Assembly (NCBI GenBank): GCA_963735035.1
Contig: CAVTJJ010000004.1
Span: 32,001 to 96,000 of the forward strand
Reading direction: 5' to 3'
From: an uncultured candidate division Zixibacteria bacterium
Lineage (GTDB): Bacteria > Zixibacteria > MSB-5A5 > GN15 > FEB-12
Length of the DNA stretch: 64,000 nucleotides
Positions 21,006-31,299 of the stretch are shown in pieces (within the stretch, counting starts at the first letter, position 1; each line of letters begins with the position of its first letter). Position numbers and translations under genes: made by a program. The notes under the pieces are model-generated. The model worked only from the letters and a program-made list of their open reading frames with translations. It made no database searches and was not told the origin of the DNA.

Positions 21006-22046
21006 TTACAACCGCTGGCCGGTCTCGGAATCGAAATAGAGAAGGCTTTCAGGATTGACTGCGAAGCGCGCGGTAGCTCCCGGTTCGGGCGGCTGAACCG
21101 GCCCGTGTGTCGACAGTATTTGCTGACCCCGGAAATCGAGCGTAACTACGTAGTGATCGCCGAGGTACTCGGTACCAACTACGCTAGCTTCGAACGGCCC
21201 CTGCTCTGACAGTTCAACCGCCTCAGCACGAATACCAATATCAACCGAGTGTCGATCTTCTATTGAAGCAGGCGATGGCGTCCCGAACGGTTCAACTCTG
21301 CCGTTATCGACCACACCCGGGATCATGTTGATCTTCGGCGTACCGATGAACTCGGCCACGAACCGACTCGCCGGCGCGCGATAGAGTTCTTCTGGGGTGT
21401 CCAACTGCATCAGGCGACCCTTGTGTAAGAGCGCGATCCGATCAGCCATGGTGAGGGCCTCGGTTTGATCGTGAGTGACATGAATCATCGGGCGGCCGAG
21501 CCGCCGCTGCAACGCCACAATCTCCTGCCGCATGCGCACGCGAAGTTCGGCGTCGAGGTTGGATAATGGCTCGTCGAGCAGAAACAAAGCGGGTTCGCGG
21601 ATAATGGCCCGCCCGAGCGCCACCCTCTGACGTTGCCCACCCGAAAGCTGTGCGGGTCGGCTTTTCAAGCGCTCACCCAGGTCAAGCATCTGCGCTACTT
21701 GGGCCACGCGGCTGGCAATTTCTGTCTTATTAACCTTGGCCACTTTCAGAGGGAAGGCCAGATTCTCAGCGACGGTCATATGTGGATACAACGAGTAATT
21801 CTGAAAGACCAGCGCCACGTTTCGTTCGCGCGGACGAAGCTGCTCTACCTGTCGTCCCCCTATGTGAATCTCCCCTTGGTCTGCTTCCTCGAGCCCGGCG
21901 ATCAGGCGAAGCACGGTCGACTTGCCGCATCCGGACGGCCCCAGCAACACGAGCAACTCCCGTTCGCCCAGGTCGAACGAGATATTGTCCAGCACCTGAA
22001 GGTCGCCAAACCGTTTGCTGAGGTTCTTGATTGTCAGTCCGGCCAA
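21006..22046 (-). CDS. MalK/UgpC-type ABC transporter ATP-binding subunit
   Basis: GPSGCGKST, VFQNYSLYPHM, LSGGQRQR, LDEPLSNLD, TOBE tail. Confidence 0.93.
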   Translation of the reverse strand: MAGLTIKNLSKRFGDLQVLDNISFDLGERELLVLLGPSGCGKSTVLRLIAGLEEADQGEIHIGGRQVEQLRPRERNVALVFQNYSLYPHMTVAENLAFPLKVAKVNKTEIASRVAQVAQMLDLGERLKSRPAQLSGGQRQRVALGRAIIREPALFLLDEPLSNLDAELRVRMRQEIVALQRRLGRPMIHVTHDQTEALTMADRIALLHKGRLMQLDTPEELYRAPASRFVAEFIGTPKINMIPGVVDNGRVEPFGTPSPASIEDRHSVDIGIRAEAVELSEQGPFEASVVGTEYLGDHYVVTLDFRGQQILSTHGPVQPPEPGATARFAVNPESLLYFDSETGQRL

Positions 22047-22048
22047 GA

Positions 22049-23176
22049 TTACTCCTCTGCTACGCCACCGCCGCTGACCCGAAATCGTCGCGCCTCGGCC
22101 ATCAGCATGTCCGGCGGTTCGACTGCGGTCGTAAGAAATAGCTGACCGACATCGCCGAAACTTTCCACCAGACGCGCCGTGCGATCCGGGTCGAGCTCAG
22201 CGAAAATTTCATCGAGCAACAACAACGGGGGTTCGCCGTGCTTTGCTCTCAGTATTTCGTAAACGGCCAGTTTCAATGCCACCGCCGCCGCCCGCCATTG
22301 TCCCTGCGATCCGTGCGTGCGTGCCGGAAAATCGCAGATCGTGAAATTGATCTCGTCCCGGTGGGGACCGACCAGACATATCTGGGCGGCTCGTTCCCGG
22401 TCGGCATTTTTCGCCAGCGCCGCCTCAAACACAGCCACGACGGCGCGCTCATCGCTTTCAGCCACATTGAAAGTCACCCGCGGCGCATACTCAACCAGAA
22501 GTTTCTCGCCACCGCTGATGCGTTCATACGCCCGCCCGGCGCGTACGGCCAGTTCCCTCAGAAAGACAGCCCGTCGAAGCATGATCTTGGTTCCCAGGCT
22601 GACCAGCAGCGGGTCAAATGGCGATGGATCCATTTCCTTCTTTAGCGCCGCATTCTTCTGAGCCAAGGCTTTTTGATAATCGGTCAGGTCGGCCAGATAG
22701 GTAGCGGTCAGTTGAGAAAGATACAGGTCGAGGAAGAGGCGTCGGGTCGATGGCGGTCCTGATAGTATCTCGCTGTCTTCCGGTCCGGCCGCGACCAGAT
22801 TGTGCAACTCAAACAGTTCCGATGCCCGCGCAGGCGCCGAATCAATGGTTATTCGTTTTCGTCCCCCGCGCTGGTAGGCCACCGCCACGGTGCGACGTCC
22901 GGCCGGAGTGTCCAGCGTGCCCTCCAACCGATAGTGCTCAGCCGTCTCGCGCACCAGCACTGCATCGAGCGCCCCGCGCTGAGAGCGTCCCAGGCAAACT
23001 GTGAAGATCGCCTCAAGCAGGTTGGTCTTCCCGGAGCCGTTGGCGCCGTAGAATACATTGACCCGTGGCCCGAAGGCTACGCGCCCCTCTATCAGGTTGC
23101 GAAAATTCGTAATGGCCAGGGAGACTATCGGCATATTACTGGATAAGCAAAAATGGCAGATGCTATCATCTGCCAT
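22049..23176 (-). CDS. recF: DNA replication/repair protein RecF (start may be the downstream MPIV)
   Basis: GANGSGKTNLLEAI, GPHRD, GSQGQ, LLLDEIFAELD. Confidence 0.95.
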   Translation of the reverse strand: MADDSICHFCLSSNMPIVSLAITNFRNLIEGRVAFGPRVNVFYGANGSGKTNLLEAIFTVCLGRSQRGALDAVLVRETAEHYRLEGTLDTPAGRRTVAVAYQRGGRKRITIDSAPARASELFELHNLVAAGPEDSEILSGPPSTRRLFLDLYLSQLTATYLADLTDYQKALAQKNAALKKEMDPSPFDPLLVSLGTKIMLRRAVFLRELAVRAGRAYERISGGEKLLVEYAPRVTFNVAESDERAVVAVFEAALAKNADRERAAQICLVGPHRDEINFTICDFPARTHGSQGQWRAAAVALKLAVYEILRAKHGEPPLLLLDEIFAELDPDRTARLVESFGDVGQLFLTTAVEPPDMLMAEARRFRVSGGGVAEE

Positions 23177-23198
23177 TCATACGCTGATTCTTACAATC

Positions 23199-24311
23199 TT
23201 ACTCCGCGAGTCTGAGCGGCATCACCAGGCAGAGAAAATCATCTTTGGATATTTCCGGGCTGTACATCAACCCGGCCGAGACCGGACTGGAAAATTCGAA
23301 AGTCACCTCGTCACCCGGCATCCGTGACAAAATATCGGTGATGTAGGTCGCGTTGTAGCCGATCTCCACCGGCTCGCCCTGGTAGTCACAGTCGATCACT
23401 TCCATACCTTCGCCGCCAAGGTCGGCATTGCTCGTAGAAAGGGTCAGGGAGCCTTTCTTGACACCGAATTTTACCTGGTGTGTCAATGTATTCGAAAGTA
23501 TCGAAACGCGCCGTACCGCGCCGCCAAGGTCTTCCTTGGACACACGCAAGGTCTTGTCGCTATTCTGCGGGATTACTTGCTCGAAATTGGGATACGGGCC
23601 ATCGATCAGACGCGATGTCAGCACATACTCGCCGAGATTGAAAATGATATTATTATCCCCAAAGATAATGCCAACCTCGCGGTTCTGACCCTCGGTGAAT
23701 TTGGGGATTAGATTCAGCACTTTAGGCGGGATAATAATATCCTCGCTCATACCCTTCAACTTCTTGTTCTCAACCGCGACCTTAGCCAGTCGGTGACCAT
23801 CGGTGGCAACCATCTGCATTTTGTCGCCTTTGGTCTGCCAGAGCACACCATTCAAGGCTGGTCGAGTCTCGTCGTTGGAGCAGGCAAAAGTAGTTTTGCG
23901 TACCATTGACGCCAGGCTGCTGGCTTCGATCTTGATTTCCTTCTTCGTATTAACAGCTGGTAACTTGGGGAAATCATCGGGTGATACAGAAGCGATCTTA
24001 TAGGAGCCTTTAGCAATTCGGACTTCCACCCGAGAATTGACCGACTCGATGGTTATATCCGTCTCGGGGAGTTCACGCACGATATCAAAGAGGATTCTCG
24101 CCGGAAGAGCCGCCGAACCTTTCTTTGTGACCTCACACTCCACACCGCCGGTGATGGAAATATCCAAATCGGTGGCGGATATTTTTAGTTTACCCTCGAG
24201 AGCTTCCACGAGCACGTTGGTCAGAATCGGCAGGGTTGATTTACTGGGCACCACCTGCAACACGGATTGCAGACAGGCCGCTAATTTGGATTTTGGAAGC
24301 GTGAACTTCAT
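23199..24311 (-). CDS. dnaN: DNA polymerase III beta clamp
   Basis: LPILTNVL, ATDLD, VATDGHRL, SRLIDGPYPN, VMPLR. Confidence 0.97.
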   Translation of the reverse strand: MKFTLPKSKLAACLQSVLQVVPSKSTLPILTNVLVEALEGKLKISATDLDISITGGVECEVTKKGSAALPARILFDIVRELPETDITIESVNSRVEVRIAKGSYKIASVSPDDFPKLPAVNTKKEIKIEASSLASMVRKTTFACSNDETRPALNGVLWQTKGDKMQMVATDGHRLAKVAVENKKLKGMSEDIIIPPKVLNLIPKFTEGQNREVGIIFGDNNIIFNLGEYVLTSRLIDGPYPNFEQVIPQNSDKTLRVSKEDLGGAVRRVSILSNTLTHQVKFGVKKGSLTLSTSNADLGGEGMEVIDCDYQGEPVEIGYNATYITDILSRMPGDEVTFEFSSPVSAGLMYSPEISKDDFLCLVMPLRLAE

Positions 24312-24359
24312 AAGTCGCGAATCTCCATCAAAGCGATTATCAACAGACCTCTACAATAA

Positions 24360-24605
24360 CTAGCCTATATATATATATCAAGTAGTAGTAGTAGGTGTTG
24401 TTGATATGTTGGTAAAGCCGTATATGCCGGTCATTCCCGGAGGGAAGCCTATGAACAAGACGGTATTGTGCGATACGTACGACTGGAATGCTGTCAACAA
24501 CGGTTGTGGGCCACTATCACATCTATACACAGACGCTCCCCAGTGAGAGCCTAAATGGCCAACAATCGCAGTTTCACACAAGCTATACATAGTAGTTGTC
24601 AACAA
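24360..24605 (-). other. oriC unwinding region: DnaA boxes, DnaA-trios and AT run
   Basis: Minus strand TTACCAACA-TATCAACA-ACAC-CTACTACTACTAC-TTG-ATATATATATATA, plus further degenerate boxes (TGTCAACA) between dnaA and dnaN. Confidence 0.85.
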
Positions 24606-24609
24606 GCTA

Positions 24610-25968
24610 TCAATATAGGAGCGCCGCCGATATCCTGTCAATTCTTTCCCGGAAACCGGCATCACGGGCCATACGCGAAGCTACTTTGTCGCAGGCGTGA
24701 ATCACGGTCGTATGGTCACGCCCACCAAAACGATCACCTATCGCCTTCAGGGAGCTATCCGTCAAAGTCCGGGCCAGGTACATCGCGACCTGCCGCGCCA
24801 GCGCAATATCAGCCGTCTTCTTCTTGGCGACCATCATCTGAGGGTCGACACTGAAATACTCGGCACTTTTAGTCTGGATTGCGTCGATCGTAATATGCTT
24901 GTGTGTCCCGGCCGCGGAGTCGGTAAGCAGGCGCCTCGCGAGATCAAGACATACCGGTTCTCGCTTCAATGAAGCGTAGGCCAACAGACGGTTGAGCGCA
25001 CCCTCGAGTTCGCGGACATTGGTAGTAATCCGGTCGGCGATAAAAGTAACCACCGTGTCCTCGAGTTGGACACCCTCAGATTCAAGTTTTTTGTAGAGGA
25101 TCGCGGTCCGGTTCTCCAGGTCAGGCGCCTGAAGATCGGTTACCAGACCCCACGAGAAACGAGACAAGAGGCGTTCTTCCAATCCTTTGATGTCTTTTGG
25201 TGACCGATCAGAGGTCAGCACAATCTGTTTGCCGCTCTGGTGAAGGGCATTGAAAGTATGGAAGAACTGCTCCTGGGTACCTTCCTTGCCGGCAAAGAAC
25301 TGGATGTCGTCAATCAGGAGCACGTCAACATCGCGGTAGTACCGGGTAAAATCCGCAATAGAACGATCAGAAATGGCGGCAATAAAATCCGACGTGAACT
25401 TCTCCGAGGTCGCGTACATGACCCGCTTGGACGGGTAGGTTTCGAGGATCTGGTGACCGATCGACTGAACAATATGTGTCTTCCCCAGCCCCGTACCGCC
25501 GTAGATGTACAGCGGGTTGTACTTGGTCATCCCAGGGCCTTCGGCCACCGCCTGGGAGGCCGCACAGGCAAACTGATTGAAATCACCCACCACCAGCGAA
25601 TCGAAACGGTAGCGCCCGTTCATATTGTGATTGGTGTTGGGCTTGGCGGGCCAGCCAACCGGCGCCGGCGTGGCAGCATCCAGAGGCAACCTGGCCTGCT
25701 CTTCCTCTTCGGGAAGAGAGCTGATCACATAGATAATTTTCTGCTGGCGTCCGAGTACTTCCTGAAAGGCCTCAGCTACCAATTCACGGTAGTGCTCGTC
25801 AATCCAGTCCGCGACGAACTGATTGGGAACGAGAATTTTGAATTCGCCGTTCCCGGTCGGTTCGCCCCGTGTCGGTTTGAGCCAGGTATTGTAAGACTGT
25901 TGCTTGAGACGTTTGGAGATATAGTCCAAACAGTCTCTCCATTGCTGAGAGTTGTTCGCATTTGACAT
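24610..25968 (-). CDS. dnaA: Chromosomal replication initiator DnaA
   Basis: YNPLYIYGGTGLGKTH, LLIDDIQF, QEQFFHTFN, NVRELEG, FGGRDHTTVIHA. Confidence 0.98.
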   Translation of the reverse strand: MSNANNSQQWRDCLDYISKRLKQQSYNTWLKPTRGEPTGNGEFKILVPNQFVADWIDEHYRELVAEAFQEVLGRQQKIIYVISSLPEEEEQARLPLDAATPAPVGWPAKPNTNHNMNGRYRFDSLVVGDFNQFACAASQAVAEGPGMTKYNPLYIYGGTGLGKTHIVQSIGHQILETYPSKRVMYATSEKFTSDFIAAISDRSIADFTRYYRDVDVLLIDDIQFFAGKEGTQEQFFHTFNALHQSGKQIVLTSDRSPKDIKGLEERLLSRFSWGLVTDLQAPDLENRTAILYKKLESEGVQLEDTVVTFIADRITTNVRELEGALNRLLAYASLKREPVCLDLARRLLTDSAAGTHKHITIDAIQTKSAEYFSVDPQMMVAKKKTADIALARQVAMYLARTLTDSSLKAIGDRFGGRDHTTVIHACDKVASRMARDAGFRERIDRISAALLY

Positions 25969-25994
25969 TCAGTCGGCATCCCCACGATCTGAAA

Positions 25995-26365
25995 ATAACT
26001 ATCCACATCCACACAATGGTCTAAATTGTTTAGCGATCACCGCCTGCAAAGGCCGCGTCGCCCCTAATCCACATCTTGTTCACAGTGTTTTGCACATCCC
26101 GTGAAAGGGAACGAATCCAAGCGTTGGAAACCGATCCACTGACAAAACGACACTCAAACCACATCTCAAAGTCTCAACATCAGGGGAGTGAACAAGTCGC
26201 GTACGATTGATAATCTTCGCGCGTCGAAGCGTCAACCGATCACGTGAAAAAAAAGTGGAAAATCCGAAGCGGTTGTTTGACCGTCTGTTAGAGCGGTGAT
26301 TTTGTGGACAACCCTGAGACGCTTCTCAGTATCGTTGTGCATATATATTCGAGTTATCCACAGCG
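25995..26365. promoter_or_regulatory. DnaA-box cluster upstream of dnaA (second part of oriC / autoregulation)
   Basis: TTATCCACA 26354-26362, TGTGGACAA 26303-26311, CTATCCACA, TAATCCACA, TTGTTCACA. Confidence 0.8.
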
Positions 26366-26382
26366 ATAATGATGGCAAGGGC

Positions 26383-27447
26383 TTATCGTGACCCTGTCGC
26401 CTCTACGCGCCGGGCGATCTCTGCGAACACGGCCATTTCTTTTTCGGTTCCTTCACAGGATACCGGATGTCCCGAATCAGCACCTTCGCGGATCGACGTT
26501 AGCAGCGGAATCTCTCCGAGCAATTCCACACCGAGCGTCTTCGCCAGATTCTTGCCGCCATCTTTGCCGAAAATATAGTCGCGATGGCCGTCGGTTTCAT
26601 AGTAGGCCATGTTTTCGATCACGCCTATCACTTTCAGATTGGTGCGCTCGGCTAATTTGGCCACTCGTCCGGCCACGTGAGTCGCGGTAGCCTGTGGCGT
26701 AGTTACCACAATAAGCTCGGCCGAGGGAATCGACTGTGCGATAGTGAGAGTAACATCCCCGGTTCCGGGAGGAAGATCGAGGAAAAGATAGTCAAGTTCG
26801 TCCCAGATGACATCGTTAATGAATTGATTGACAGCCTTATGCAAAAGCGGTCCGCGCCAAATCACCGGTTCGTCCTCACCGATGAAGAATCCCATCGAGA
26901 CGACCTGAAGATTATCCCCACGCCGGAGCGGCACCATCTTGTCATCGATAACGGTTGGTTGACCGGATAGACCAAGCATGCGCGGGATTGAGAAGCCGTA
27001 GACATCGGCGTCGAGCAATCCGACTTTCTTGCCCATCTTCGCCAGCGCCGCCGCCAGATTGGCAGTGACTGTCGATTTGCCTACCCCGCCCTTGCCGGAA
27101 GACACAGCGATGAACCGCTTGGCGTACTTGACGATGGATGCGGTCTTGCCCGGCTTGGCGCTCCCCATGCCGAGCTTCTCGCGAAGACGCATGCGTTCCT
27201 CGTCGGTCATGACATCGAACTGGACATTGACCGCCTCGACCCCTGGGATGAGCATCACACCGTTGGTGACATCATCGGTGATCTTGGCTTTGAGCGGACA
27301 GCCGGGGACAGTGAGGGCGATACCGACATCGACCTTGCCGCCGTTGATCTTGACATAGCGGATCATATCGAGTTCGGTGAGGGGTTTTTTCAGCTCAGGG
27401 TCGTTTATGCCACTAAGCACATGTAGTACAGCTTGTTCAGTCAGCAT
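26383..27447 (-). CDS. mrp: Mrp/ApbC/NBP35 Fe-S cluster carrier ATPase
   Basis: N-terminal DPEL...GCP domain; SGKGGVGKST, DADVYG, WRGP, DLPPGTGD, IENM. Confidence 0.93.
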   Translation of the reverse strand: MLTEQAVLHVLSGINDPELKKPLTELDMIRYVKINGGKVDVGIALTVPGCPLKAKITDDVTNGVMLIPGVEAVNVQFDVMTDEERMRLREKLGMGSAKPGKTASIVKYAKRFIAVSSGKGGVGKSTVTANLAAALAKMGKKVGLLDADVYGFSIPRMLGLSGQPTVIDDKMVPLRRGDNLQVVSMGFFIGEDEPVIWRGPLLHKAVNQFINDVIWDELDYLFLDLPPGTGDVTLTIAQSIPSAELIVVTTPQATATHVAGRVAKLAERTNLKVIGVIENMAYYETDGHRDYIFGKDGGKNLAKTLGVELLGEIPLLTSIREGADSGHPVSCEGTEKEMAVFAEIARRVEATGSR

Positions 27448-27787
27448 ATCGGTCTCCGGCCGGTGTGGCCTGGGTAGTGTACCAGGCAGGTTATTCTGTC
27501 GGCGCGCCAATATAGACGCTAAAGGGGCAACGTGAAAGGGTGAAAATAGTTCCGGGGGGGGGGGCGACCGGATCGCCTCTTGTAGGGCGGGTCCGCCTTC
27601 GCCTGCTCCCCTAGGCGAGATCCCGCTAAAGGTAGCCAACAAGAGTGCCCGGCAGATGTCCACATCTGCCGACGAATCTTCGTCCTCCCTCTCTCTGTCT
27701 TGCCTCGGCTTGACCGGGGAACCCAAGGGTGTGCCCGCACCCTAGCCATTGATCGACAGGGTTCCACCCCTGTCGCGATTAGAACAG

Positions 27788-27816
27788 TTGACGGGAGCGC
27801 CATACGGGGTTACTAT
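27788..27816 (+). promoter_or_regulatory. Sigma70-type promoter for the KAP NTPase
   Basis: TTGACG-17 bp-TACTAT. Confidence 0.6.
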
Positions 27817-27968
27817 GGTGTGAAGCAACTTAATGCCGCCAGCCGCCTGGGTGGGACACTCCCAAGTGACCATTGCAGATAGGGTACGGGACCCCGCCGC
27901 CACTCGTGAACCAGCTGGCACAGTAGCGACCGGTGTTCGAAGATAACGCCGGAGGGGATGCTCCTGAT

Positions 27969-30282
27969 ATGTTCAAGTCTGAAGTCCCAATAACGAAATC
28001 TGCTGAAGACATCTTGGGGCGAACAGCGTACGCCCGAAGGCTAGCAGAATCAATAACACAATGGGAATGCAAGGATAGCCTTGTCATTGGTTTGTATGGA
28101 ACGTGGGGTGCTGGGAAGTCTTCTGTCATCAACCTTGTCAAGGAGCATCTCGCGTCATTGCCGGTCGGGAAGTCACCCACTCTGATAGAGTTCAACCCTT
28201 GGATGGTTTCCGGCCAAAGCCAATTGCTGACTCACTTCTTCGAACAGATTGCGTCCGAGTTGGCCATCCTGAAGCAAGAAGCGGAGGATCAGGAGACGGC
28301 TGCCAAGCTCCGGCAATACGCAGCCCTTCTTCTGTCGTTGCCAGAGAAGCCCGACATTGAGAGCGCCCTGAAGGGAGTACTAGCTACGGGAGGCTTTGCG
28401 AGCTTGGTCGGCGGCGTATTGCTCGACAAAATAACAGCCAGCCCCTGGGGCATGGGCTTGGTCGTTCTCGGAATAACTCTGATGCTGCTGAGATTTTACG
28501 GCGGACTCTTGCAGACCATTGCTCTCTATTTTGAAAGCCGTGCGACTGCGAAGAGGAAATCAATCGCGGCGAAGAAACAAGAGATCGTGGACGCCCTGAA
28601 GTCACGAAGCCACAAGCTGCTCGTCATTTTGGATGATATTGACAGGCTTAACGAGGTTGAAGTGAAGGAGCTTATGCGGTTAGTGAAGGTTAACAGTGAC
28701 TTCCCTCAGACGGTGTACTTACTGGCTTGTGATCGGATGATTGTCGAGAAGCATCTTGAAGATGTCGCCAAATCTATAAGCGGCCGCGATTACCTAGTAG
28801 AAGGTGGTCCAAGTCAGCTTCGATTTGCCGCAAACCAGTCGCTGGAGGATTGAGAAATACTTGTTTGGGCAACTTGATGAAACGCTAGACCGACTTCCGC
28901 GGGGATGGCAAAAGTACTTTGACTCATATCGTTGGGCTAACCTCTATCATTCAGGATTCAAGAACTTCTTCCCGACTATCCGGAGCATTAAGCGATATGT
29001 CAACAGCCTTGCTTTTCACCTATCTATGATCGAGAAGCAGGGAGTCCTAGAAGCGAATCCCATTGATTTCATGGCCATAGAGTGTATCCGAGTGTTCTGC
29101 CCTGAGTTCTATCACTTCATAAGACGAAACAAGGAGTTGTTTACTCACATTGATTCTGATTCTATGGATCAGTACGAACACCGCCGACGTGACGAACGCT
29201 TGCGCTTGCTAAAGGAGGAACTAAGCAAGGTGCCGGGGGCCTTGAGCGCAGGTGTAAGTGAGATGGTCAGATGGACATTCCCCGGCACCTTAGATGGCAC
29301 TATATATGGTCCAACTTGGATATCAACTTGGAACAAAGGCCTGATGGCCCGGTCTCCCCAATACTTCGACGTATATTTTTCTCTTGCTCCGGGGGGTGAT
29401 GAGGGAGCGCTCTCCCAATATGATCTCGTTCAGCTTCTTAGTGCAACTCAAGACCCTACTAGATTTCAAGAACTTCTACGACAACACATTCAGCGCGGAA
29501 CGATTCGCTCTGTCCTCGAACGGCTTCAGGACTATACTTCAGGGGAAGAGTCAATTTCCGATGGGAGCATTGGCACTGTTATTCTCAGCCTATTCAACGT
29601 GTCGGATGAACTCCCGACTAATGAGGAATCGTTTTTTGACGTCGGTGCCTCCATGGATGTTATGCGTATCTTACATCAACTCGGGAAGCGTGTTGGCGAC
29701 GCGAATAAGTACAAGGACCTAGTTCTCCCAGCGGTACGTGCCACGGCCGCCTTGGGCGGCGCTGTTGAGTTCGTTTCGCTGGAGACGCCGCGAGCTGAAA
29801 ACCGCGATGCTCAATACACAATCCCGAATGACTCTATCGGCGAATTCCAGGCCGCTTGCGTTGAGAAGATCAGAGAATTCGAGCAGCAAGGGGGACTGTA
29901 CAACCACACTCGACTTGTGTACATCCTCTACAGATGGAAAGAATGGTCAAAAGACGATGAATGCAGAAGGTCCATCGAGAAGTACACGTCGTCGGATGAG
30001 AGACTCCTGGACTTTCTGGGCAAGTTCATGCATGACCAAAGAAGTCAGACAATAGGAGAATATGCTATCCGCAAAGAGCGGCAGTACAATTTCAGGAGTC
30101 TATCAGACCTGTATGATCTCAGGGTGGTTAAGGAACGCCTAGAGAACATTCGACGCTCGAACAGGGCATTTGAAGAAGAGAACGCGGAGCTATTTCGTCT
30201 GTTTTTCGAGGGAATCGATGCAGCTATCCATCAACAGGAAAGAGATGCATCGAAACAACAGCCTCAGGGTTTACTGGAATAG
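27969..30282 (+). CDS. KAP-family P-loop NTPase with TM insert (frameshift ~28798)
   Basis: GLYGTWGAGKSS, FNPW, two TM helices, ILDDIDRL, DYL(EK)VVQVSFDLP split by an indel, TIRSIKRYVN. Confidence 0.88.
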
Positions 30283-30361
30283 CATTACCTCAGCGCAATT
30301 CGCGGTCCAAGCCTTGGTGCCGGGTACACAAATCACTATAAGAGGCCGTGTTGCAGTTCTC

Positions 30362-30916
30362 TCACCCCGCCAGCTCAGGCGGCTTCCCGTCTCCCGCGCC
30401 CGGCAGGTCGTCCGGGTCGAGGCTGCGTTTCTGGAAGAACATCATCAGGAGCAGAAACACAATTCCGCATGTGATCGCGGAGTCGGCCACATTAAACGTC
30501 CAGAAACGGTCCAACTGGAACGGGCCGATTGAGATATCGAAAAAGTCCATATCGATAAAATCCACCACACTGCCGAGACGGATCCGGTCTATCAGATTGC
30601 CAATCGCCCCACCCGCTATGCCGGCTAAGGGCATGGACACGAGCATCACATGACGGTTCTTGTAGATGTAGTAGCAGACAAACGGAAGCACCACGAGCGA
30701 CATGACGAGGTAGTACACCGACGGCCCCACCCGGGTGCCCATGGCGCCGCCCTCGTTGTAGACCAGGGTCCACATCAGAAAATCCCCCAGGACATGCACA
30801 GAGGGTTGTCCGCTTAGCGCGGACACCGCCCAGAGCTTGGTGATCTGATCGGCGATCACGACTATCGCCACTACTGTCAGCGGCCCGATGAGTTTCTTAG
30901 CTGGGTTCCCGGCCAG
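30362..30916 (-). CDS. lspA: Lipoprotein signal peptidase II (start uncertain)
   Basis: DQITK, NEGGAMG, GAIGNLIDR, VVDFID, FNVADSAI. Confidence 0.93.
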   Translation of the reverse strand: MAGNPAKKLIGPLTVVAIVVIADQITKLWAVSALSGQPSVHVLGDFLMWTLVYNEGGAMGTRVGPSVYYLVMSLVVLPFVCYYIYKNRHVMLVSMPLAGIAGGAIGNLIDRIRLGSVVDFIDMDFFDISIGPFQLDRFWTFNVADSAITCGIVFLLLMMFFQKRSLDPDDLPGAGDGKPPELAG

Positions 30917-31286
30917 ATTTCTTTTCCTCTTCGGCCGATTTGCACTGGATGCACAGGCGGGCATGCGGCACCGCGGTCAGTCGCGGTATCTGGATCTGTT
31001 TGCCGCAAGTCTCGCACTTGCCATAGCTGCCGTCTTCGACCCGCCGCAGAGCCTCATCGATATGATACAACAAACGGCGGCTCTTGGAGCCCTGAGCGAA
31101 AGCCATCTCCCGTTCCATGTTGTCCGTACCCTGGTCGGCCATGTGGTAGGAGTAATGGGTGAGATCGCCGGTCGATTCCTTGATAGTAGTGCCGTGGGAC
31201 TCCTCGATAAGACCCATTTCTTCCTGCAGGGCGCGGCGTTTTTCCAACAGTAGCTTCTTAAATTTATCGAGGTCGCTCTGACGCAT
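30897..31286 (-). CDS. DksA/TraR-family C4 zinc-finger protein
   Basis: HMADQGTD, IDEALRR, YGKCETCG...RL...LCIQC. Confidence 0.9.
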   Translation of the reverse strand: MRQSDLDKFKKLLLEKRRALQEEMGLIEESHGTTIKESTGDLTHYSYHMADQGTDNMEREMAFAQGSKSRRLLYHIDEALRRVEDGSYGKCETCGKQIQIPRLTAVPHARLCIQCKSAEEEKKSGREPS

Positions 31287-31299
31287 GCGTACCTCCGTC

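Noticed and set aside
27448..27726. N-terminal extensions of Mrp (and of the DUF2339, ferritin-like and lspA ORFs)
   Set aside because: Extensions run through repeats, promoters or neighbouring genes; family similarity starts at downstream codons
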